DNA of 41,508 nt. Source: a virus (taxonomy: Duplodnaviria > Caudoviricetes). The position numbers and the translations under genes were made by a program. How positions within the stretch are numbered: position 1 is the first letter of the stretch; each line of letters starts with the position of its first letter. Shown here in pieces: positions 1 through 8,129 of this stretch. The stretch covers positions 1 to 41,508 of IMG/VR virus record IMGVR_UViG_3300038829_000181; one strand, 5' to 3'. The notes below the pieces were generated by a model. It made no database searches, was not told the origin of the DNA, and worked only from the letters and a program-made list of their open reading frames with translations.

Positions 1-2
1 CC

Positions 3-129
3 GTTGGGCGGTTCCTGAAAATGGCTCAAATTTTATTCGGACAAATCTAATTAATGGAGAATAATGAAACCATCATTCAAAATAACTACAAGTTTTCCTC
101 TTAATCTGTCGTTGATATTAGTTATTGCA
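3..129. repeat. 127-bp terminal direct repeat (copy at 41382-41508), probably an assembly overlap indicating a circular genome
   Basis: GTTGGGCGGTTCCTG...GTTATTGCA is identical at 3-129 and 41382-41508. Bases 1-2 (CC) differ from 41380-41381 (GA). Confidence 0.95.
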
Positions 130-681
130 AGTGGGCTTGTTTCCTGTTCTCAACAACCAGTAGCTGCGAGTTCAGCCCAAAACGATTATTTGCCCGTTGC
201 CACTCAAACGGCAGAGAGTAAACCAACTGAAAAAGTTGAAAATTTTGAAACTACATATGGCATCACAGTCACAGCAAAAGCATTATGCACAGATGGTACA
301 AATACTACGCTCTATTTAGAGACTAATCTTGATTCGAATCTCTGGCAATTAAACGAGAAAGACTTTCACCCTCTTGGGAAGACTTACTTTGAGACAGGCA
401 TTTTATTCTTGGAAAATGGCGAAATGTTTTCGATGTATTCAAGTGGACACCGCGATGAGCCAATTTTCAATTCACAAAATAACATAGCCAGCACAATACA
501 AACCTTTGTTTTTCCAAAGACACCCTCGGAAAACTCCACATTTACTATCAAGGCAAAAGTGTCTTTGCTTGATTTACCCACTACCTATGCTCCCCCAGTT
601 AAGATGGATTTCTTAGAACCTGGAATTATCGAAATCCCAATGGAATATGTTGCATCTGCAACCATGGGAGTATGTCCGTAA
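64..681 (+). CDS. Integron cassette 1: putative lipoprotein
   Basis: GGAG RBS, hydrophobic signal with lipobox LVSC, AT-rich. Lies between core site GTTGGGC (3-9) and attC1. Confidence 0.85.
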   Translation: MKPSFKITTSFPLNLSLILVIASGLVSCSQQPVAASSAQNDYLPVATQTAESKPTEKVENFETTYGITVTAKALCTDGTNTTLYLETNLDSNLWQLNEKDFHPLGKTYFETGILFLENGEMFSMYSSGHRDEPIFNSQNNIASTIQTFVFPKTPSENSTFTIKAKVSLLDLPTTYAPPVKMDFLEPGIIEIPMEYVASATMGVCP

Positions 682-690
682 AAAAAAACC

Positions 691-820
691 GCCCAACAAA
701 GCGTGCACCTGACGCTGGGGATTCTGCGCAAATCCCAAGCAGTTTTCTACGCCTTATCATTTTTCCAGTTGGACGGCTTCGCCGTCCCCGCCCCAGCGCT
801 GGTAACGCAAACCGTTGGGC
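691..820 (+). other. attC site 1 (130 bp)
   Basis: R'' GCCCAAC at 691-697, internal imperfect palindrome (CGCTGGGG/CCCCAGCG), R' GTTGGGC at 814-820. Confidence 0.92.
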
Positions 821-842
821 GCTTACTTGCAAAAGGAGAGTT

Positions 843-1184
843 ATGTGTAATTCGGTAATTACCGTTGGCGCTGTGGCGTGCCTAGTCTGTGAGAAAGACA
901 TCACAGAAGCCATTCACGAGAATTTTTATCGTGACCCAGTTCAAACATACAAACAATATACTTGCCCGCATTGTCAAACGTTGCTTGATGTTGAAGTGAT
1001 TCCCGTTCCATATTTTCAATTGTCAATGCCTATTGGTCGTCTGGCTTCAACGCGCAAAGGTGTACCTTGTAAATACTGTGAAATTTTGGTTGAGTATGGC
1101 GATATGAAACCCTGGCGCAAAGATGACGATACCGTTGATATGCTTTGCCCTGGCTGTGATTGCGTTCTCGTCGAAGGCGAATAA
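843..1184 (+). CDS. Integron cassette 2: small protein with four CxxC motifs (putative double zinc ribbon)
   Basis: AAAGGAG RBS before ATG 843. Motifs CLVC, CPHC, CKYC, CPGC. The longer track ORF from 672 merely reads through attC1. Confidence 0.8.
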   Translation: MCNSVITVGAVACLVCEKDITEAIHENFYRDPVQTYKQYTCPHCQTLLDVEVIPVPYFQLSMPIGRLASTRKGVPCKYCEILVEYGDMKPWRKDDDTVDMLCPGCDCVLVEGE

Positions 1185-1187
1185 CGC

Positions 1188-1295
1188 GCCCAACAAAGCG
1201 TGCAGCCGACGTGTGCAAGGCTGTGGCGTAAAGATGTATCATTCCAAAAATAAGGTTATGGTTGGTCGCACACGCCGCTAAAGCACACGTTCTAC
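1188..1295 (+). other. attC site 2 (108 bp)
   Basis: R'' GCCCAAC at 1188-1194 followed by AAAGCGTGCA as in attC1. Stem CGTGTGC/GCACACG. R' GTTCTAC at 1289-1295. Confidence 0.85.
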
Positions 1296-1328
1296 CGCCA
1301 CTTGGCAAAAATAAAAGGAGTTGTAAAG

Positions 1329-1682
1329 ATGGAATTTACTAGAGAAGATACCCCAACAATCATGGATGGTGCTGTAGTTAGATATAGGTGTGGAGATTTT
1401 GAAATCAACGCTAGCAGGAATGGTGTATCTACCAATGGCTTTATGCCAATGATCCGTCAGCAGGAAGATTTAGATACTGTCTGTGAATACATGCGGCGGG
1501 CATTCAGGCAGTACGTAGCTTTATCACCAAATCGTTGGTTAACGCGTAGTTACGCAAGCCCGCTTCCTGAATCCGTCTTTGAGGCGGTAGAACACAGCTT
1601 GCACCCGACAAGTGAGACTCTGCCCGATCTACAAGCATCATCCACGCCTGAGCATTCGGCGACATCTCAAAGTGAATCCTAG
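1329..1682 (+). CDS. Integron cassette 3: hypothetical protein whose C-terminus is encoded within attC3
   Basis: AAAAGGAG RBS, ATG 1329, stop at 1680-1682 inside attC3. Confidence 0.75.
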   Translation: MEFTREDTPTIMDGAVVRYRCGDFEINASRNGVSTNGFMPMIRQQEDLDTVCEYMRRAFRQYVALSPNRWLTRSYASPLPESVFEAVEHSLHPTSETLPDLQASSTPEHSATSQSES

Positions 1683-1715
1683 CCCGCTCACTTGCGGGTA
1701 AAGCAAACGTTATGC
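1587..1715 (+). other. attC site 3 (129 bp)
   Basis: R'' GTAGAAC at 1587-1593, stem ACCCGACAAGTGAG/CTCACTTGCGGGT, R' GTTATGC at 1709-1715. Confidence 0.85.
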
Positions 1716-1759
1716 GGGCTGTCTTGCTCGCAATCTCAATAATAAAAAGGAGTAATAAA

Positions 1760-2002
1760 ATGCAAAGTCGAAATGAATTGGATCAGGTTGTCAACACAGA
1801 AGTTTTTGAAAACAATGATGAACTCAAAGCCAAGTTTGCCGAAGTGATTGAGAAGTCCGAAAGCCTGGGCGCTGTGTCTCATGCAATTGGTGAATTACCC
1901 AGCAAGGGAAGCACCGTTGATATTCTTGGCTTGCGCTACGAAGTCAAGTTTGTTGATGGTAAGCATGGCGAATTGCGCCTTAAGTTGGTGTCGCCCGCAT
2001 AA
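1760..2002 (+). CDS. Integron cassette 4: small hypothetical protein (80 aa)
   Basis: AAAAGGAG RBS, ATG 1760. The stop TAA lies in the R'' box GCATAAC, as is typical for cassettes. Confidence 0.8.
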   Translation: MQSRNELDQVVNTEVFENNDELKAKFAEVIEKSESLGAVSHAIGELPSKGSTVDILGLRYEVKFVDGKHGELRLKLVSPA

Positions 2003-2126
2003 CATCGCGTGCACCCGACGCTGGGGATTCTGGCGCGATTCCAAGCCTTTTTCTACGCCTCAGCATTTTCCCAGTCGGACGGCGTTCCGCCGCCCGCCCC
2101 AGCGCGGGTAACGCAAACCGTTGGGC
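1997..2126 (+). other. attC site 4 (130 bp), same family as attC1
   Basis: R'' GCATAAC at 1997-2003, R' GTTGGGC at 2120-2126. Shares GACGCTGGGGATTCTG, TTTTCTACGCCT, CCCAGCGC and GGTAACGCAAACCGTTGGGC with attC1. Confidence 0.92.
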
Positions 2127-2177
2127 GGCTTGTTGCGCGGTCAAAAACTCGTGGTAAATTGGTCTCTCATTAAACTC

Positions 2178-2206
2178 TTGACAATTGATTCGTGTAATGT
2201 TAAAAA
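2178..2206 (+). promoter_or_regulatory. Candidate late-operon promoter
   Basis: TTGACA at 2178-2183, 17-bp spacer ending in TGt, imperfect -10 TAAAAA at 2201-2206. Confidence 0.45.
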
Positions 2207-2333
2207 TATGCATACATAGCGCATTTGTGCTATCTTGAATTGATACCCTATAAGTGGGGAGTTGCCACCTGTAGATGGCAACTCCCCCGAGACAAAGCAA
2301 AGCCCGTTTTCATAAGGGGCAACTCTCGGAGAT

Positions 2334-2370
2334 AAGCGCCCGATGACTGAATAAGTCATCGGGCGCTTTT
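2334..2370 (+). terminator. Intrinsic terminator-like hairpin upstream of the late operon
   Basis: AAGCGCCCGATGACT-gaata-AGTCATCGGGCGCTT followed by TT. Confidence 0.7.
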
Positions 2371-2403
2371 GCGTTAATTCATATTTTCAAAAGGAGATTT
2401 GAC

Positions 2404-2835
2404 ATGAAAAAGTTTTTCAATATTTCGCTGGTCGGTGTTCTTTTGGCCGTGATGCTTTCGGCTTGCGCGCTTGCGCCATTGACAGGCGCAAATGATCCAT
2501 TGAGCGTGACCGAGGTGCAGATGTATGTGATCGGCGTGATCGCATCCGCATTGCTATATGGACTGAAATTGCTTGCGAAGCGTTTTCCGAAGATCGTCAT
2601 CAAGCGCGAATGGCTGATTGTCTTACTGTATGTCGTGGCGTTGGGACTGTCTTTATTTTGGGGCGGCGCGGTTCTGCCTCCACTTTCCCCATTTAGCGAC
2701 CCTGTGACGTTTGTGTCTGCGGTCTTTGGCTGGATTACTGCGCTGTTGATTGCCCTGGCTCCGTCTGTTTCTTTTGCCACGTTGATCTACAACATTTTGC
2801 TCAAGCGCATCTTTGATAACTGGGCAGGGAAATAA
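2404..2835 (+). CDS. Multi-pass membrane protein (holin-like candidate)
   Basis: AAAGGAG RBS, about four hydrophobic segments, lipobox-like LSAC. Confidence 0.6.
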   Translation: MKKFFNISLVGVLLAVMLSACALAPLTGANDPLSVTEVQMYVIGVIASALLYGLKLLAKRFPKIVIKREWLIVLLYVVALGLSLFWGGAVLPPLSPFSDPVTFVSAVFGWITALLIALAPSVSFATLIYNILLKRIFDNWAGK

Positions 2836-2840
2836 GGTTT

Positions 2841-3197
2841 ATGCCAACAGTACCCGTCAGTGTTTGGGATCAACTCCCCGTTGTTGTCATTTTCTCGTTT
2901 TTGTTGGCGGGTATTGCCTGGCTTATGGTCAAAGCGTTTTCAAAAGCCATTGCCGATATCAACGCTCATTATGCGTCGATCATCCAGACGAATAATGAAC
3001 AATGGCAAAAATATTTTGATGCGCGGTCTGAGAACTATCAACTGGTGAACGAAAAAGTTTTGAAACAGTTGGAAAACCTGACAATTGCCATTGGTAAATT
3101 CCATACTGATTTTATGGCGCATGATCTGATGGAACGCCAGGCGCTGGATGAGATGGCTGAAAAGCGCAAATTGGCGAAGAAAAATAGGAACGCGTAG
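2841..3197 (+). CDS. Membrane-anchored coiled-coil protein (holin/lysis accessory candidate)
   Basis: One N-terminal TM segment, helical body, basic C-terminus. Confidence 0.55.
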   Translation: MPTVPVSVWDQLPVVVIFSFLLAGIAWLMVKAFSKAIADINAHYASIIQTNNEQWQKYFDARSENYQLVNEKVLKQLENLTIAIGKFHTDFMAHDLMERQALDEMAEKRKLAKKNRNA

Positions 3198-3203
3198 GTC
3201 AGA

Positions 3204-3827
3204 ATGCCCATTCAAAAGCCCGATTATCAATTGTCGTTCAACCTCGATCTGCCAGAAGAAACTGGCGATTCGACGATTCAGCGACTCAGCGCGGATGAGA
3301 TCCGCCTGCGCTCCGAGACGGCGCGGCAGGTTTTTGAGGGACGCGATGATTTGAAGTGGATGGAGGAATATGCCCGCCTGCGCGACGGAGGCTGGGATTG
3401 GCGCGTGGCGGCTTATATTGCCTGGGCGAGTTCGCCGCGCTCGAGCCGCATTCCGAAAACGCAGGATGAGCTGGCAATAAATCATTTGGGTTTGACCTCA
3501 GACCGAGCGATTGCCACCTGGCGCAAGAAAAACCCCGCCATTGATGAGATGATCGCAATGTTACAGGCAAGCCCGCTCTGGGATTATCGCGCTGAGGTGT
3601 TTTCGGCGTTGACTGAGAACGCGGTCAAGCCCGATTACAAGACCCATAACGACCGCAAACTTTTCCTTGAATTGACTGGCGACTATGTCCCCAGCTCGAA
3701 ACTTGCGGCAATGATTACGAAGAATGGATTTAGCAAGAACGATCTGGCAGATATGAGCGATGATGAATTGCTGAAACTCGCCAAAAATTTTCGTGATGAA
3801 GTGACGAAAGACGAAGAGGAAGAATAA
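3204..3827 (+). CDS. terS: Terminase small subunit (putative)
   Basis: HTH-like segment PKTQDELA..LGLTSDRAIATWRK. Directly upstream of and coupled to TerL. Confidence 0.7.
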   Translation: MPIQKPDYQLSFNLDLPEETGDSTIQRLSADEIRLRSETARQVFEGRDDLKWMEEYARLRDGGWDWRVAAYIAWASSPRSSRIPKTQDELAINHLGLTSDRAIATWRKKNPAIDEMIAMLQASPLWDYRAEVFSALTENAVKPDYKTHNDRKLFLELTGDYVPSSKLAAMITKNGFSKNDLADMSDDELLKLAKNFRDEVTKDEEEE

Positions 3828-5416
3828 TGCTTGCGTCTTCAAATGTTGCCCAGAAAGCTCAACACGATCCGCGCAAGGCGGCTCTTGTTGCTTTGCAACG
3901 GGAGCAGGCACGCAGGCATTTGCTGGATTTTGCAACGATGATGCAGCCAAATTATCAGCGGACGGCGGCGCATGAATTGATCGCTTCCAAGTTGGAACAG
4001 GTGGAGAAGTACATCGTCAGCGGCGGCAAGGAAGGCATCGGACGCTTGATGATCTTCATGCCTCCGCGACATGGCAAAACGGAATTATCGAAATTATTTC
4101 AGGCTTGGTTTTTGGGACGCAACCCAGATATGCGGGTGATCACCACCTCTTATTCTGCGGACCTTGCGAACGATAACAGCCGCGCGGTGCGTGACCTGGT
4201 TGCAGGCAAACCATACGCGGGAGTATTTGGCAATTTGACATCGAGCGCGTCGCCTGTGGAGCTTTCGGATGATGCGCGTTCTGTTTCGGCGTGGTCACTC
4301 AAAGAGCCGCATAAGGGCGGAATGCTGGCGGCAGGCGTGGGCGGCGGTATTACGGGACGCGGGGCGCATCTGCTCAATATCGATGATCCATTCAAAAATC
4401 GCGATGAGGCTTCGTCGGAGAGTCATAGAAAGCGCGTTCTAAGCTGGTATCGCTCAGTGGCTTACACCCGTTTGGAGTACGGCGGCGCGGTGGTGTTGAT
4501 CAATACGCGCTGGGATCAGGAAGATTTGAGCGGCGAACTGCTGAGGCACATGGTCAGCGACGAATTGGGCGATGATTGGGAGATCGTTTTCCTGCCCGCG
4601 TTTGCGCTTGAAGAAAAAGATTACCCAAAGAACGATGCCGAATTCAAAGAGAATTTATTGCGCGGTATTTACATCCCCCAGGGCGGGGATCAGATCGGGC
4701 GCAAGCCTGGCGACCCGCTTTGGGCGGCGAAGTATGACCGCGAGCGTTTGGAGATCATCCGCTCGAATACATTGGACTTCGAGTTTACGGCGCAATATCA
4801 ACAGATGCCGCGTCTGGCTGAAGGTAATTTTTTCGATGACCGAGATTTTCCAATTGTGGAGCGCGCTCCCGAAGGTTTGCAGTGGTTCCGTTATGTGGAC
4901 CTTGCGAAGGGTCAGAACACGGGCAACGATTTCAACTGCACGTATGCGGTGGCGTTCGATAAAGATGGCGATCTGTTTATCCGCGACCCGTTGAAGGAGA
5001 GAAACATCGATGAGTTTTTGCCGCAGTGCAAGATGCTGATGTTGAGCGATACGGAATTGGGCGTGGCATGGGGCATCGAGGATGTTGCGTTTCAGTTTTT
5101 GGTGGTGCGCGATTTTCTGTCTGATGCGCGGCTGGCAAATGTCTCCATTATCGGTTTGCCCGTGAAAGGCTCGAAGGAAGATCGGGCGCGGGCGTGGCGT
5201 TTGCGGGCGAAGCAGGGCAGGGTGAAACTGGTGCGCGGTTTATGGAATTTGGATTTCATCCGCATTGCTTCGGCTTTTCCGAATGGACGGCACGATGATG
5301 ACGTGGATTCGGTCAGCGGCGGTGTGGCGATGATCGCGGGCGATGGAATGAATTTGCGGACCGCAAGCAGTGAGGCGATTGTGGTGAGCGCGGAATTGTT
5401 GTTTAGTGATCAGTGA
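3827..5416 (+). CDS. terL: Terminase large subunit
   Basis: Walker A MPPRHGKT, GITGRGAHLLNIDDP (Walker B), TRW motif, nuclease motifs YVDLA and FPNGRHDDDVDS. Confidence 0.95.
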   Translation: MLASSNVAQKAQHDPRKAALVALQREQARRHLLDFATMMQPNYQRTAAHELIASKLEQVEKYIVSGGKEGIGRLMIFMPPRHGKTELSKLFQAWFLGRNPDMRVITTSYSADLANDNSRAVRDLVAGKPYAGVFGNLTSSASPVELSDDARSVSAWSLKEPHKGGMLAAGVGGGITGRGAHLLNIDDPFKNRDEASSESHRKRVLSWYRSVAYTRLEYGGAVVLINTRWDQEDLSGELLRHMVSDELGDDWEIVFLPAFALEEKDYPKNDAEFKENLLRGIYIPQGGDQIGRKPGDPLWAAKYDRERLEIIRSNTLDFEFTAQYQQMPRLAEGNFFDDRDFPIVERAPEGLQWFRYVDLAKGQNTGNDFNCTYAVAFDKDGDLFIRDPLKERNIDEFLPQCKMLMLSDTELGVAWGIEDVAFQFLVVRDFLSDARLANVSIIGLPVKGSKEDRARAWRLRAKQGRVKLVRGLWNLDFIRIASAFPNGRHDDDVDSVSGGVAMIAGDGMNLRTASSEAIVVSAELLFSDQ

Positions 5417-5447
5417 TCAGTTTTCAGTAATCAGTAAGGAGAACAAC

Positions 5448-8066
5448 ATGACTAAAAAAATCGGTAAAGGCAATTTGATTACAGAGTTGGTGAAGGGGAG
5501 CATGGATTACACAATTCAAATGCTGCGCGATGCGTTTTGGAAACAATTCCCTGATGCGAGCGGAAGTTATTACATCGCTGAAATCTTTGCGGATTATGTA
5601 ATCGTCTCTGGCTGGGGTGAAGCGTGGTCTTTAAAAGCCGATGAATATTACAAGGCGGCTTATTCAAAAGACGGCGATACCCCTACCTTTATGGCAAAGG
5701 ATCAATGGGAAATCGTTGAACTTACTTACCAGCCGCAAAGCGTGATCACGGAAAGCAAGAAGAAAGGCGGTAAGCGTTTTGAGGAAGCCATCGAGCCTGG
5801 GCGGATCGAATTGCTTGAAGCAAAAAATGAAGCAAAGGGGACGCGGCGCATACGGATCAACGAGTTGATCGTGGCGAATGTTGTGAATGGAAATAAACGT
5901 CTTTATGAACCTGAGATCGTTGAGGCGATGATTGACGATTGGCAATCGCATCTTCACGAATCGGCGGGGCAGGGACGTTTGAAAGTACTGACTGGCGAGG
6001 CTGATCATCCAACCGACAAAGGCAAGAAACGCACAGAGTACCTTGAGACAGTTGTCCGTTGGGACAAACTGGATTGGGACGGTAAGCGGCTCGATATTGA
6101 GGGCGATCTTATCCTGACCAGCAAGGGACGCGACGTTGAGATCCTGATGGAGGCTGGCGTTAGACCAGGCGGCAGTATTCGTGGTATTGGCGAAAGCAAA
6201 GTTGAAAAGGTCAACGGGCAGAAGGTCGAGAAAGTTTTGTGGCTCTCGATGAACGGCGTTGACCTGGTTGGCGACCCGTCATTCAAGAATGTGGCGGAGT
6301 TACAAGAATCTATCAATCTACAAGGAGATGTTGAAATGTTAGAAGAACTCAAAAAATTACTCGCTGAACATCCTGAATTGTTCAGCAAAGGCATGACCGA
6401 ATCGGAACTCGAAAAGATGGGCGAGAAACAGTTGAAGAAACTGGAAGAATCGCTGCGCAATACGTTGGGACTGGGCGCGGATGCGAACATCATCGAAGCC
6501 GTGAAAAGCAATGCCGATAAAGCCAAGAAGTTCGATGCACTTCAGGAGAAGGCTGGCATCGATGCCGCTATCACTGAGGCGACGAAGGAACTTCTGTTCG
6601 GAAAGGAACTCAACGAAGCGTTCACCGAATCGATCACGGATGGAAAGTTCAACAGCGCGGATGAGGTGAAGACCTTTGCCGAGAGTCAGCGCAAGGTATT
6701 TGGAAAACTTGCGGCAAGCAGCAAGCTGAAAGGCAGGGGCTTCCAATTTGACGGAAAGATACAGCCGATGGGCAGCGTGCTGGAGAATGAGACTGGCACG
6801 CCTGAATTTGCGCGGGTTGCGTTTGAACTGACCGAATCGGTGCGCAAGCATGAAATGCGCGCGAAACGCACTTTGGATTTACGCGCTGGAAGCCCCGCCG
6901 CTGTTTTGACCGAGATGCTCCTCGAAAAATACGATAAACAAAACATGCGCCACTTGATAGCTGAGGCGAAAGCCTTTGAAGAGGCGGAAAGTACCAGCGA
7001 CCTCAACCTGCCTTACAGCGTGAGCCGCGCTGTGATCGCCGAGGCATACCCGAATTTGGTAGCCGCCAATATCTTTGACTTCGGCATCATGGATCAAAGC
7101 CCGATGAATATCTTTTACGAAGCATTTACGGGCGAGACAGGTTTCAGCGCGACAATCACGGATGAGGTGGAAGCGCTGGGCGCGGAGGATACCTGGTATG
7201 CCCTGGCTCATCCCAATATTGTGCCTGGCACTGTTGTTGTGACCGAGAATCCTTTCGTGACTATCACCTATGTGGAAGGCACCGATTACGTAATTGACTA
7301 CGAACTCGGAAAAATCCGCGCGATTGCTGCGGGAGCCATCAACGCGAATGACGTGCTGGTAGATTACACCTATCACGCCACTCGCCAGGGCGAGAACACG
7401 GAAATCGAACGCGCGAAGACCACGCTCAGTTTCCAGACTATCACCGCAGCCGCTGACCGCCTGGCTGATTACATCACCCATGAGGCGATTGTGTTCAGCC
7501 GCTCGCAGATCGGTTGGGATGCTGTCGGTCGCACGATGGCAAACTTGATCCGCGAACTGCGCCGCGATAAGGACCGCCGTTTGATCGAGAAGGCTTTGGC
7601 GGTTGCCCTTTCAGTGGCAAGCAATAAGACCGCCGCCTGGGACATCAGCGATGCGGTTTATCTCGATTTCGTGAAGCGCATCGGCGAAGCCAAGGTGAAG
7701 GTTGTGAACCGTTTCTACACCCCGACCTCGCTGGTGATGAGCGCGACCAACTCGGATTACCTGAGCAATTGGGACGGCTTTACCCGTGATGGTTTCACCA
7801 ATGCCGAATTGAATGCGGCTGGTTTCGTTGGCAGAGTGAAGGGACTCAATGTTTGGGAGACCCCTGAAATGCGCGACAGCTTCAACCTGGTGCTGGATCG
7901 CGGCATCCTGATGCATCGCATCTTCCAGCCCATGCTGATCAAGGGACCGTTCCCGACCTACAGCAATGGCAAACTGGTTGCGGCAGAGCAATATTATGCC
8001 GAAGAATACAACGCATCCCTCGCGCCAATTGGCGGCAAGGGCAGTGTTGTCCCGACACAGGCGTAA
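5448..8066 (+). CDS. Fused prohead protease / scaffold / major capsid protein
   Basis: Protease motifs NGNKRLY, GEADHP, GSIRGIG and DLVGDPS, then a helical scaffold-like region, then a capsid-like C-terminal half. AAGGAG RBS before ATG 5448. Confidence 0.85.
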   Translation: MTKKIGKGNLITELVKGSMDYTIQMLRDAFWKQFPDASGSYYIAEIFADYVIVSGWGEAWSLKADEYYKAAYSKDGDTPTFMAKDQWEIVELTYQPQSVITESKKKGGKRFEEAIEPGRIELLEAKNEAKGTRRIRINELIVANVVNGNKRLYEPEIVEAMIDDWQSHLHESAGQGRLKVLTGEADHPTDKGKKRTEYLETVVRWDKLDWDGKRLDIEGDLILTSKGRDVEILMEAGVRPGGSIRGIGESKVEKVNGQKVEKVLWLSMNGVDLVGDPSFKNVAELQESINLQGDVEMLEELKKLLAEHPELFSKGMTESELEKMGEKQLKKLEESLRNTLGLGADANIIEAVKSNADKAKKFDALQEKAGIDAAITEATKELLFGKELNEAFTESITDGKFNSADEVKTFAESQRKVFGKLAASSKLKGRGFQFDGKIQPMGSVLENETGTPEFARVAFELTESVRKHEMRAKRTLDLRAGSPAAVLTEMLLEKYDKQNMRHLIAEAKAFEEAESTSDLNLPYSVSRAVIAEAYPNLVAANIFDFGIMDQSPMNIFYEAFTGETGFSATITDEVEALGAEDTWYALAHPNIVPGTVVVTENPFVTITYVEGTDYVIDYELGKIRAIAAGAINANDVLVDYTYHATRQGENTEIERAKTTLSFQTITAAADRLADYITHEAIVFSRSQIGWDAVGRTMANLIRELRRDKDRRLIEKALAVALSVASNKTAAWDISDAVYLDFVKRIGEAKVKVVNRFYTPTSLVMSATNSDYLSNWDGFTRDGFTNAELNAAGFVGRVKGLNVWETPEMRDSFNLVLDRGILMHRIFQPMLIKGPFPTYSNGKLVAAEQYYAEEYNASLAPIGGKGSVVPTQA

Positions 8067-8129
8067 AAGTTCAAAGATGAAATATGAAGGATGAAGGATG
8101 AAAGTCCTTCATCCTTCAGGAGTTTTTTG

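Noticed and set aside
691-2126. Possible CRISPR array
   Set aside because: Repeats are 108-130 bp, degenerate and separated by whole genes. No cas genes were recognised.
626-2300. Track ORFs 626-913(-), 672-842 extension, 1030-1308(-), 1848-2111(+) and 1980-2300(-), some with similar peptides
   Set aside because: They are read-throughs of attC palindromes. Shared peptides reflect attC1/attC4 DNA similarity.
2250-2335. c-di-GMP-I riboswitch (GCAAAGCC motif)
   Set aside because: The GNRA tetraloop/receptor architecture is not evident and the match is too short.
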